Shown: in pieces, positions 15,100 through 23,525 of the stretch
Layout of the letters: the number at the start of each line of letters is the position of its first letter
Numbering within the stretch: position 1 is the stretch's first letter
Source of the DNA: Candidatus Saccharimonadota bacterium
GTDB taxonomy: Bacteria > Patescibacteriota > Saccharimonadia > Saccharimonadales > UBA4665
Length of the DNA: 32,000 nt
Direction: 5' to 3'
Assembly: GCA_002952755.1 (NCBI GenBank)
Contig: CP025011.1
Location: 810,001-842,000, forward strand
Made by a program: the position numbers and the translations under genes
Notes under the pieces: model-generated
Told to the model about the DNA's origin: nothing
The model's input: the letters and a program-made list of their open reading frames with translations, nothing else
Databases searched by the model: none

Positions 15100-16307
15100 G
15101 CCACAGCTCCTGTAAGCTGCTGTCCATAAATGCCCAGCAGCTTATCAGCAGCGTCGTTCCAATTGAGCTTGCTGAATTCGTGATAGGCATTTTCGTGGAG
15201 CGTGTCGCGCAAGGCATCGTTTTGCACTATAGCCGTAATTTGGTTGGCCATCTCATTAATATCCCAGAAGTCCACTTTGAGACAATTTCTCATAATTTCT
15301 GAGACACCTGATTGGTGAGTAATGAGTGCCGGTGTGCCATAGCCGATTGCCTCCAGAGCAGTGATACCGAATGGTTCTGAAATGGAAGACATTACAAATA
15401 AATCAGAAACCGCGTACGCATCGCGCCAGGCCTTGCCGCGCAAAAATCCAGTGAAGATAACATTGGGGGCGATGCCCAGATCAGCAGCCAAAGTGATCAG
15501 CTCAAAGTACTGCTCACCGCTGCCCACAATCAAAAAAAGCGTTTTGGGTGCCCGGGCAATAACTTCTTTAGCGGCATAGAGTAAATTAGGGATGCCTTTT
15601 TGGACAGTAAGGCGATTAACAGCCACCACCACACGATATCCTTGAGCGCGCATGGCGTTTATATAATGGTAGGCGTTTTCGTTGTCTAGCGGCGAAAGCG
15701 CGTCTGGCTCGATACTATTGTGCACTACTTCTATCTTGTCGGCTGGAATGTCGTAATCATCAACGATCATATCCTTGGTATGCTGGCTTACGGCAACGAT
15801 GCGGTCGGCCAATGTAAAGGCTAACGATTCTATCTCGCGGCACAGCGGATTACCGGTGCTACCCCCGGCGCGGTCGCGCTCGATAGAGTGCACATGGAGC
15901 ACGATGGGGCAGTTAAGCGTCTGTTTTGCACGCAAGGCAGCACGAAAGGTAAGCCAATCGTGCGCATGTACAATGTCGTATTCCTGTTCCTGCTTTTGCA
16001 CCAGTTGGCCTACCGCGTTTTCGTACATCTGTACTTGCGAGTAGAGATCGTGCGTCTCAGAATGGCCGTCTTTGAAGATATACTTATAGCTATCGTAGGC
16101 AATACCACTCTTTAAAATCTCAACTACACTCTGAGGATGCGCTGCCGTAACCGTCATGAAATCAATGCCGTGATCGGCTTTATATGGCAGCATAAACTCA
16201 ATATCCGCCCCTTTTTTGGAGAGCGCCTCGCAGAGCTGGTAGCACACCACACCAAGTCCGCCGCTGTTATGGGGAGGTAACTCCCATCCGAGCATCAAGA
16301 TCCGCAT
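15096..16307 (-). CDS. glycogen-synthase-like glycosyltransferase (GT-B fold, GT4/GT5)
   Basis: Motifs present: MRILMLGWELPPHNSGGLGVV, VHAHDWLT and MSSISEPFGITALEAIGYGTPAL (E-x7-E). It is the first gene of the three-gene operon. Confidence 0.85.
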   Translation of the reverse strand: MRILMLGWELPPHNSGGLGVVCYQLCEALSKKGADIEFMLPYKADHGIDFMTVTAAHPQSVVEILKSGIAYDSYKYIFKDGHSETHDLYSQVQMYENAVGQLVQKQEQEYDIVHAHDWLTFRAALRAKQTLNCPIVLHVHSIERDRAGGSTGNPLCREIESLAFTLADRIVAVSQHTKDMIVDDYDIPADKIEVVHNSIEPDALSPLDNENAYHYINAMRAQGYRVVVAVNRLTVQKGIPNLLYAAKEVIARAPKTLFLIVGSGEQYFELITLAADLGIAPNVIFTGFLRGKAWRDAYAVSDLFVMSSISEPFGITALEAIGYGTPALITHQSGVSEIMRNCLKVDFWDINEMANQITAIVQNDALRDTLHENAYHEFSKLNWNDAADKLLGIYGQQLTGAVA

Positions 16308-16342
16308 TACCCTCTGGTTCTCTCTTATGGTGATTTATGCCT

Positions 16343-16372
16343 ATTATAAGGCAGGAAATACCCAAAGCACAA
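16343..16372 (-). promoter_or_regulatory. candidate promoter of the alpha-glucan operon
   Basis: On the minus strand: TTGTGC (16372-16367), an 18-nt spacer, TATAAT (16348-16343), then a leader of about 35 nt with a weak GAGGG SD. Confidence 0.35.
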
Positions 16373-16542
16373 CCGTTTTTTACTAGTATCCCCGTGGCGT
16401 CTCGGCAAATGTCAGCAGGCTATGGCCCTATATACTAGCAGTAATCAGATGTGCTCGCTACGTCTCACGATTTTTAGAAGAATCGACACGTTGTACCATT
16501 CTCGGCATACGGAGACTACCCCCGATGACAAAGAGAAGATGA

Positions 16543-16571
16543 TTGACCTTATCTTAGATTAATGTTATTAT
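16543..16571 (+). promoter_or_regulatory. promoter placed for a leaderless start at ATG 16578
   Basis: TTGACC (16543-16548), a 17-nt spacer, TATTAT (16566-16571), then 6 nt to the second in-frame ATG at 16578. Confidence 0.45.
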
Positions 16572-17558
16572 ATGTCGATGAATACAGTTCCGCCTATTGA
16601 GGTAGCCCAACCTCTACTGATTGGCGATAAGTGCACATACGGCGGCGTTGATGACTGGGATATCACAGGAACCAGCCCCTATGCTCTCGCCCGCGAACAT
16701 GTCGCTAGTAATGCGTACAAAGAGAGAAATGCCGCTAACTTTGCGAGGCATCTGGATATCACTGACGGTGGCCAACAACCGGAAAGTACCAACGCAACAT
16801 ACGCCCTGCCCGAGCATTTTGAACACCTCTTCAGAGCCACGGTTAGCCCACCAGAAACAAGAGAAATGCCCGCAGTAGAGGCACACGGCCTTGACGACGT
16901 AGCGGCATGGATCAGAGGCTCACAGGCGCTTCATGCTGCCGCAGCTCAGCAGGCTAAAGATTACCCCAGATACGAGGCTGCACATCGTAAACCAAAGCGT
17001 GTAGGTAGAATTGCAGGAGCACTTGCGGCAGCAGCTTTGGTCATTAGCGGGGGAGTAGCTGCTAATACTATTTTGTCGACATTACATACGTATTCTGAGC
17101 AATCACAAGGCGAAGCCCAATTACCTCATCCATTACCGACGGACGGACTCAGTACTCCGCCAGATACCCCAAAGGCGCCCATAGAAACAACAACTGTTTT
17201 TAATAGACCTCCAGCTACGTCAACCACAAAAGTAAAGATTGTTTTAGCAGACTACAAACAGAGTGCTTCGCTGCCTTCGAGTACACTTCCACGCACTCCA
17301 TCAATAAGCTCAATGCCTTCTTCGTCGACAGAGAGTACTCCTCCGTCATCGTCGCCTTCGAGCAACGAAACGACCCCACCAGCATCGACAGCATCGCCAA
17401 CAGAGCCCACCCCAAGTACACCATCACCCACCATATCGTCACCAAATCTGCCTACGACTCCATCGACATCAACCCCTTCACAGGCTCCAAGTACAATCTC
17501 CGGCATCACGCCTACAACACTACAACCAGCAATACCGATCCCTACGCCCAGTAGTTAG
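16572..17558 (+). CDS. bitopic membrane protein with a Pro/Ser/Thr-rich extracytoplasmic tail
   Basis: A cytoplasmic N-domain of about 145 aa, a stop-transfer RKPKRVGR, then a TM helix (IAGALAAAALVISGGVAANTIL). About 100 aa of PST low complexity follows (nt 17262-17555). The true start may be ATG 16578. Confidence 0.6.
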   Translation: MSMNTVPPIEVAQPLLIGDKCTYGGVDDWDITGTSPYALAREHVASNAYKERNAANFARHLDITDGGQQPESTNATYALPEHFEHLFRATVSPPETREMPAVEAHGLDDVAAWIRGSQALHAAAAQQAKDYPRYEAAHRKPKRVGRIAGALAAAALVISGGVAANTILSTLHTYSEQSQGEAQLPHPLPTDGLSTPPDTPKAPIETTTVFNRPPATSTTKVKIVLADYKQSASLPSSTLPRTPSISSMPSSSTESTPPSSSPSSNETTPPASTASPTEPTPSTPSPTISSPNLPTTPSTSTPSQAPSTISGITPTTLQPAIPIPTPSS

Positions 17559-17583
17559 CAAAGCATTCACCACAGATCTGGTA

Positions 17584-18069
17584 TCAGCCTACTGCGTCGT
17601 GTCCTTCAAGTGATGCCACCCACCCATCTCGGTCAAGCAAGCCTCTATCTGTCAGCAGTATACTGCTACAGCAAGAACCGCGCTTCGCAGATGGTAGCAA
17701 GTCGAGCGGATCATTCGTCCACTTTTGGTCAATATAGGCAGTATTCTCAGTCTGGGCCTTAGCAACACTGGGTCGTTCGTCAGGCGCAAGCACCATTTCA
17801 ATATCCATAAGGATAATGTCGTAACTGTTGCGCGTTTGGAACATGGCGCCCAAAAATCGCTGGGGCTCGGCGCTGCAATTGAGTTTTTCGATGCACACCC
17901 GCCTAGCTGCGTCTTCGGGTAATTCATCAGCACGCATCGTTACCGCAGGCAGCCCCCAATTACCAGCGAGGTCCGGATCGTCGTCAGGGCGTTTGACTAC
18001 TAGAAATTGCGCGGAGTCGGGCTCTGGCTTGAGCGCTACTGCTACGGTGTATTTTATGGGCTTACTCAT
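17584..18069 (-). CDS. Nudix-fold protein with a degenerate Nudix box
   Basis: GNWGLPAVTMRADELPEDAARRVCIEKLNC aligns position by position with the Nudix box G.W.LPGG..E.GE....A..RE..EE.G. However RE becomes RV, EE becomes EK, and the final G becomes N. Confidence 0.55.
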   Translation of the reverse strand: MSKPIKYTVAVALKPEPDSAQFLVVKRPDDDPDLAGNWGLPAVTMRADELPEDAARRVCIEKLNCSAEPQRFLGAMFQTRNSYDIILMDIEMVLAPDERPSVAKAQTENTAYIDQKWTNDPLDLLPSAKRGSCCSSILLTDRGLLDRDGWVASLEGHDAVG

Positions 18070-18128
18070 GCCCGTATTTCATCACAGTAGGGCACTTAAG
18101 TAATATGAAAAGGTTTTCCTAAAATTGG

Positions 18129-18812
18129 CTAGGCAGCCAAATCGCTCAGCTGCAGTTCGTAGGTGTGCTCCATAAAAGTTGAGCCGCTACTCACAAACTG
18201 CCAAATATCGAGCAAACTTTTCGCAGGGCGGGGAAGTTGCTGCAACGCTGCTTCAGAATATGTGGCGAGCGTGCCAGTTACCGTATTCTGGGCAATGGGT
18301 GTATCGTCTGGCAATTCGAGAGTGTGTACTGCAAATACCTTATCGTCGAACACTGACCCATCATATATATCAATTCGCCGGAAGAAGCCCGTAAATATGG
18401 GCTGCGCTTCCACCCCAAGACGATTCCGCGCCGTCTCTTTGGCTGCGTCAGCGAGCGGTCGCCCCATATCTACTGCCATTGCCGGCCACTCAGCACGTCC
18501 GATAAACGGCTGGGCCTCACGCTCCAAAATGACATACTTGCCAGCTTGCCGCGCAACGAGGAGAACGGCTAACCGCGGGCGCAAAAGCAGGGCACGCTTA
18601 CCATGGGCTAATGCTAGCTCCTGCTTACCTTTAGGAGTAATGCCGTACACGCCGCGTTCATGTTTCTCAAGATGTCCGCTGCGTATAAGTTGGCGAATAT
18701 AATAACCGCCTAAGTCGGTAGGATAGCCAGCTTGCTCGCATAGTACGGTAAAACTACGCACATCATGTCCGAAAAAACAGGCCAAAACCCGAAGAGCAGC
18801 ACCCCGAATCAT
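18129..18812 (-). CDS. winged-helix DNA-binding domain fused to a degenerate Nudix-like domain
   Basis: The N-terminus, FTVLCEQAGYPTDLGGYYIRQLIRSGHLEKHERGVYGITPKGKQEL, is wHTH (MarR/ArsR-like). The C-terminal EWPAMAVDMGRPLADAAKETARNRLGVE parallels the Nudix box of the neighbouring gene, but the catalytic Glu residues are lost. Confidence 0.55.
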   Translation of the reverse strand: MIRGAALRVLACFFGHDVRSFTVLCEQAGYPTDLGGYYIRQLIRSGHLEKHERGVYGITPKGKQELALAHGKRALLLRPRLAVLLVARQAGKYVILEREAQPFIGRAEWPAMAVDMGRPLADAAKETARNRLGVEAQPIFTGFFRRIDIYDGSVFDDKVFAVHTLELPDDTPIAQNTVTGTLATYSEAALQQLPRPAKSLLDIWQFVSSGSTFMEHTYELQLSDLAA

Positions 18813-18841
18813 GCCCCCAGTATACGCTAAATATTTTCTAG

Positions 18842-19153
18842 CTAGTAATTGCTAAAGTGACGGACTTCTTCACGCAAATGCTCGAACACATGCTGATAAT
18901 AGTCGGCGTGGTGCGAATCCATAAAACTATGTTCGTGACTGCGTGCTTCGTGCATGGCCTCCGCGAGCCTTTTGATTCGATCTTCCAGATCTCGTGGATT
19001 CTTGTGCACTTCGATATCGTCAACTAAGTGCTGCATTTCCTGACGCACCTGTTGTGCTAATGGATGATGTTGGTCATCTATGGCGTCATGCACTTTATTC
19101 TGCAAATCCCGCACATGTTCATACAAGGGTTTATAAGATGGATCAACTCCCAT
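18842..19153 (-). CDS. His-rich helical protein (possible metal-binding bundle)
   Basis: 103 aa with 14 His. It has three ExxH motifs (E39-H42, E65-H68, E96-H99) and a two-fold pseudo-repeat, D.HH....Q.V..E..HL. A good SD (AAGGAG) lies 6 nt before the ATG. Confidence 0.55.
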   Translation of the reverse strand: MGVDPSYKPLYEHVRDLQNKVHDAIDDQHHPLAQQVRQEMQHLVDDIEVHKNPRDLEDRIKRLAEAMHEARSHEHSFMDSHHADYYQHVFEHLREEVRHFSNY

Positions 19154-19225
19154 GGTCTACTCCTTTGTCTATGCAATACTTTATTATTCTCCAAATGCTG
19201 AGATGCTGCAAACCATAGGAGATAT

Positions 19226-20194
19226 CTACCCGTCTCTTCCGGCCTCAGTATTGATGACCGAGCTCAACACGAAGAGCGGCTGCGGGGATATAGTTACTTC
19301 TATATGAGCATGAGCCGGGACGGGCATGGGCTCGCCGTCAAACTGTGCCCATATAGCGTCATGCACCGTAAAACTCATCTGGGTGCGTAGGTTCTCTGGA
19401 CGCGATTTTCTGCGCAAGGACAAGGATAGCTTGGTAGCCGTTATAACAGGCCACTTGCTTGCAATACTGTTGAAGTAGAACTGCTCCTTATTAATCTGTG
19501 TTGGGATGCGATATATTTTGGCAAAACGCGGACCATTGGCGAACGTATACTCATACATATTTCGTATACCGCTTGCGTCTTCCGCCTTAAACAGGGGAGC
19601 GCCCATCACTGTCATCCATGCAGTACGCGCTTCATGCATAAAACGGCCACCAGGCACGCGGTGCAGCCAGCTACGGCGATGGGCAGGATCGTTCAATCGC
19701 TTTGCCACGAGGGCAGTAGCGCCAAAGCTTGCCGTGGTGGCTGCAAGACGGCACTGTGTTTCGTCGCCTTCGTTAGTTATCCGAAATTGCAGGGGCTTGA
19801 TGGGCAGTACATGCCCACGGCGAAACAATGTAGTCAACGGTATGTCCGGATCAGGGCCATTGATCATGCAGGCGAGGTCGTTGGCGTTACCGCCCCACCA
19901 GGGCAGTACAACCGAACGGCGAGCCTTATCCGTTACCTTGCTGTCCGAAAGAAGTGCCTGTACGACAGCATTGATTGTGCCATCGCCCCCGCCAATGCAA
20001 ATAAGTGTGCGTGGTCCGAGCTGCGCATTGCATTTCTCCAGCAGTGCAGCCGTAGCTGCCGGCCCGTCTCGTGGTGTCTCGACACGGGTAACCGGCAGGT
20101 CGGGGAATAGATTGCGCAATTCGGCGATTCGACGCTCCATCCGCTTGCTCTTAGTACTTGCCGGATTTACCACTACCAGAAAACGATCAAACAT
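19226..20194 (-). CDS. diacylglycerol/lipid kinase family protein (DAGK_cat, YegS/BmrU-like)
   Basis: The N-terminus FLVVVNPASTKSK begins the fold. LICIGGGDGTINAVVQAL is the GGDGT motif. LPWWGGNANDLA corresponds to the P.GT.NDFA motif. Confidence 0.8.
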   Translation of the reverse strand: MFDRFLVVVNPASTKSKRMERRIAELRNLFPDLPVTRVETPRDGPAATAALLEKCNAQLGPRTLICIGGGDGTINAVVQALLSDSKVTDKARRSVVLPWWGGNANDLACMINGPDPDIPLTTLFRRGHVLPIKPLQFRITNEGDETQCRLAATTASFGATALVAKRLNDPAHRRSWLHRVPGGRFMHEARTAWMTVMGAPLFKAEDASGIRNMYEYTFANGPRFAKIYRIPTQINKEQFYFNSIASKWPVITATKLSLSLRRKSRPENLRTQMSFTVHDAIWAQFDGEPMPVPAHAHIEVTISPQPLFVLSSVINTEAGRDG

Positions 20195-20232
20195 AGCATG
20201 TATTGTACCTCTTAACTAGTCTCACGCGCACG

Positions 20233-20261
20233 TTGGCAGGGGGCTCACGCCTGCCTATGCT
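20233..20261 (+). promoter_or_regulatory. candidate promoter of the M20 peptidase gene
   Basis: TTGGCA (20233-20238), a 17-nt spacer, TATGCT (20256-20261), then 16 nt to ATG 20278. Confidence 0.4.
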
Positions 20262-20277
20262 AGAATAAAATATCATT

Positions 20278-21366
20278 ATGAACGCGCCATTAGAGCAAGC
20301 ACTGCTAGAAAAACTAGTAGCTATACCTTCGGTTACCGGTAATCTGCCGGCTAATGATGAAGTGCTGGATGTTATAGATACGTTCTTGCAAGAACGCGGT
20401 ATGCATATTGTGCGCAAAACATATGGCGGTTTCGGCACCCTAGTGGCCACCTCCAGGCCAACCAAAAATCCAAAGGTGATGCTCATCGCTCACTGTGATG
20501 TTGTCCCCGCTCAGGAAAAGCAGTTTACGCTCCGTAGGGTCGGAGAGAAGCTCGTTGGGCGCGGCGCCTGGGATATGAAGTTCGCGATTGCGTCATATAT
20601 GGCGCTGGTCGAGAGACTACGCGGCAAGCTCAACGAGTACGATTTTGGCATTATGATTGTGAGCGACGAAGAAGAACTCGATTTGGGCGTAGGCAATTTA
20701 CTCAAGGATGGTTTTGTGCCAGAAGCCGCCGTCTTACTCGACGGTGCTGCCGACTGGCGTGTTGAGTCCCGTGCCAAAGGAGCGTGGTATGTGAATGTAA
20801 CGGTCACCGGCAAAACTGCCCATGGTTCGCGGCCATGGCTGGGCGACAGCGCTTCAATGAAGCTGCTCGACTTATTGGCAGAAATCCGGCAATTGTTCGA
20901 CCCCTACGACCCCAACAACGACACGCTCAATATCAGCATCCTAAGTAGCGGAGAGAAACCCAACCAAGTGCCGGATCACGCCCAAGCCACCCTGGATGTC
21001 CGCTTTATTAGCGACGAGTCACACGAGAAGACTTCCAAAGCCATATTATCGCTTTGTGAAAAGTATGGTGCTGCGGTTGAAGTGCGCAACTTCTTCCCCC
21101 CGCTCAAGCACGACCTAGAAAACGTGTACTTCTCGAAATTCATTGCCAGCGTCGAGTCAGTACGCAACAACCTCCACACCGATACGCTCTCTTACGGTGC
21201 AAGCTCAGCAGTACACCTTGTACCGCTCGGCATACCGTGCATCGTTACCCAGCCTACCGGCGGCGACCGCCATGGGCCTGACGAATGGATCGACATCGGT
21301 TCCTTCCTGCAGACGGTGCCCATCTTAGAAGAGTATCTAACCAAGGTAGCTCATTTTGCCAACTAA
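20278..21366 (+). CDS. M20 family metallopeptidase (ArgE/DapE/CPG2-like)
   Basis: Motifs present: LIAHCDVVPA, GRGAWDMKFAIASY, MIVSDEEE, and GGDRHGPDEWI at the C-terminus. Confidence 0.85.
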   Translation: MNAPLEQALLEKLVAIPSVTGNLPANDEVLDVIDTFLQERGMHIVRKTYGGFGTLVATSRPTKNPKVMLIAHCDVVPAQEKQFTLRRVGEKLVGRGAWDMKFAIASYMALVERLRGKLNEYDFGIMIVSDEEELDLGVGNLLKDGFVPEAAVLLDGAADWRVESRAKGAWYVNVTVTGKTAHGSRPWLGDSASMKLLDLLAEIRQLFDPYDPNNDTLNISILSSGEKPNQVPDHAQATLDVRFISDESHEKTSKAILSLCEKYGAAVEVRNFFPPLKHDLENVYFSKFIASVESVRNNLHTDTLSYGASSAVHLVPLGIPCIVTQPTGGDRHGPDEWIDIGSFLQTVPILEEYLTKVAHFAN

Positions 21367-21474
21367 AGAAGGGGGGACTCCACCACCCCTAGGTCCACAC
21401 GTCTGGTATGTGTCATATGGATCAAATATGCTACTGCTACCATCACCACACAAATCAAAGGATAAAGGAATAAT

Positions 21475-23406
21475 ATGCCATTACAAGACGAGATAAGCGC
21501 AACCATCAAACCAGGTCAAGACCTCTATCGCTCCGTAAACGACAAGTGGCTGACTGCCAGCGAGATTCCGGCGAACAAGTCACGCATCGGCGTACTCACG
21601 TCGCTGAGCGATGAAAATGTTGAGCGGCTCAGAACACTGTTCGAGAGATCGCCTGCCAAATCCGAGCCTGTAAATATACGACGCGCCAAAAGCCTCTATG
21701 CTTCAGCTATGGATGAAGCGACCATCGAGCAAACTGGCATCAAGCCCCTGCAAACACCTTTTGACGAAATCAACCGCATAGAAACGCACGAATCGCTGTT
21801 TACGTTTTTGGCTAACTGGCACGGTCGTGGTTTTGGCTTGGTGTGGCATATCGGACTCGATGTCGACGACAAGGATAGTGCAAGGTATGTTATGCGTATC
21901 TCGCAATCTGGATTAGGCTTGCCTGACCGCGACTACTATTTTAACCAGGGCCAGCGTTTTGAAGATGCCCGTCAGGCTTACCGCACCTATCTGCAAGGCC
22001 TGTTCGAGCTGCTCGGTCACGATAACGCTAGAACATACGCCAAAAAGGTCTACGCGCTTGAAGAAAAATTAGCCGCCGCCTCGAATACTGCCACTGAAAA
22101 CCGTGATACGCAAGCCAAGTACAACCCGTACCAAGTGCAAGCACTCTCGCAAACATTTCCGCATATAGATTGGAAGAGATATCTCAAGCAGCTTGGTTTA
22201 AGCGATGTAGAAACGCTGCTCGTTAGCCAGCCTACATTCATAAAAGCAGCATTAGAGCTGCTATATAGCCAACCAATTGAAGCTTGGCGCTGGTATATAC
22301 TCAGCCACTGCGTAGCTCCGCTCATGACCTCATTACCGCAAGTCTATGATCAACTGTCTTTCGACTTTTACGGTCGCGCGCTTAGCGGCGCCACCGAGCA
22401 AGAGCCACGCTATCGCCGCAGTATTAACCGCTGCATGTCTATCTTGCCCGAGCCAACCGGCCAGTTATTTGTCGAGGCGCACTTCGACGAAGCGGCCAAA
22501 GAATCAATATACGACTTAGTAGATCATATCAAGCTCGCCCTACGGGGACGCATCCAAAAGCTCGATTGGATGAGCGGTGCAACCAAGCAACGTGCGCTGG
22601 AAAAGCTCGACACATTTCTGCCGCTGCTCGGGTATCCAGATACCTGGCGCGACTACACCAACCTACAGCTCGATCACAGCTACGTCGAAAACATACTCGC
22701 CCTGCACGCATTCGATTGGCAATACGATGTAGCACGACTCAACCAACCAGTCGACCGCAAGGAGTGGCTGATGTCCCCGGCCATGGTCAATGCCTATTAC
22801 TGGAGCAGCACCAATGGCATCACTTTCCCGGCAGGCATACTACAGCCACCATTGTTCGACGCTGCAGGAGATTTTGCCGCCAATTACGGCGGCATCGGCA
22901 TGGTAATCGGGCACGAGATAACGCACGGCTTCGACGATCAAGGCTCACAGTTCGATGAGAAAGGTAATATGCGGCCGTGGTGGACGACGAAAGATCGCAA
23001 AGCTTTTGAGACCAAATCCAAGCTTCTGGAAGAGCAATATAGCAGCTACGAGATAGATGGCCACCCGGTAAATGGTGCGCTTACGCTGGGAGAAAACATT
23101 GCCGATCTAGGCGGACTACTCATCGCCTATGATGCGCTGCAAGCCAAACTAAAAGAATCAGGTGAGACAGAAGCAATTGACGGTTTTACACCCGAACAAC
23201 GCTTCTTTCTATCCTTCGCCCGCATCTGGCGCGAACGCAGGCGGCCCGAACTTACCCTCCGCCACCTTGTTACCGACCCGCATGCACCAGCTATGCTCCG
23301 TGTGAACGGTGTCGTAGCCAACGTTGATGCGTACTATGATGCGTTTCCGGTAGCTCAAGATAGCCCATGGCATAAAATGCCCGACGCCCGTGTTCGCATT
23401 TGGTAA
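21475..23406 (+). CDS. pepO: M13 family zinc endopeptidase (PepO/neprilysin-like)
   Basis: Motifs present: NAYYWSSTNGITFPAGILQPPLFD, VIGHEITHGFDDQG (HExxH) and GENIADLGG. The SD AAGGA lies 6 nt upstream. There is no signal peptide. Confidence 0.92.
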   Translation: MPLQDEISATIKPGQDLYRSVNDKWLTASEIPANKSRIGVLTSLSDENVERLRTLFERSPAKSEPVNIRRAKSLYASAMDEATIEQTGIKPLQTPFDEINRIETHESLFTFLANWHGRGFGLVWHIGLDVDDKDSARYVMRISQSGLGLPDRDYYFNQGQRFEDARQAYRTYLQGLFELLGHDNARTYAKKVYALEEKLAAASNTATENRDTQAKYNPYQVQALSQTFPHIDWKRYLKQLGLSDVETLLVSQPTFIKAALELLYSQPIEAWRWYILSHCVAPLMTSLPQVYDQLSFDFYGRALSGATEQEPRYRRSINRCMSILPEPTGQLFVEAHFDEAAKESIYDLVDHIKLALRGRIQKLDWMSGATKQRALEKLDTFLPLLGYPDTWRDYTNLQLDHSYVENILALHAFDWQYDVARLNQPVDRKEWLMSPAMVNAYYWSSTNGITFPAGILQPPLFDAAGDFAANYGGIGMVIGHEITHGFDDQGSQFDEKGNMRPWWTTKDRKAFETKSKLLEEQYSSYEIDGHPVNGALTLGENIADLGGLLIAYDALQAKLKESGETEAIDGFTPEQRFFLSFARIWRERRRPELTLRHLVTDPHAPAMLRVNGVVANVDAYYDAFPVAQDSPWHKMPDARVRIW

Positions 23407-23525
23407 GTTACGGCGTCCTAGCAGCTTGCGGCGTATATCCCTGTATCAGGGTGCACTAAAGCCAGTCATCTGATCAAATCCGTGAATTACATTACAACTT
23501 TACTTGAGTCGAGGAGTAGAATAGC

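Noticed and set aside
17262-17555. Possible tandem DNA repeat or minisatellite
   Set aside because: I see no fixed repeat period. The pattern is compositional, with Pro/Ser/Thr codons inside an intact ORF.
18163-18702. 179-aa plus-strand ORF antisense to the wHTH-Nudix gene
   Set aside because: It has low-complexity Arg/Ser/Cys-rich sequence and no start context. The opposite strand has a coherent wHTH domain.
19506-20219. 237-aa and 158-aa plus-strand ORFs antisense to the lipid kinase gene
   Set aside because: Their Arg/Ser/Ala/Cys-rich composition is typical of the antisense frame of a real gene. They have no motif and no SD. The minus-strand frame carries the GGDGT kinase motifs.
22566-22958. 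130-aa Arg-rich ORF in an alternative frame inside pepO
   Set aside because: It is an off-frame artefact of a GC-biased coding region. The pepO frame is continuous and carries the HExxH and GENIADLGG motifs.
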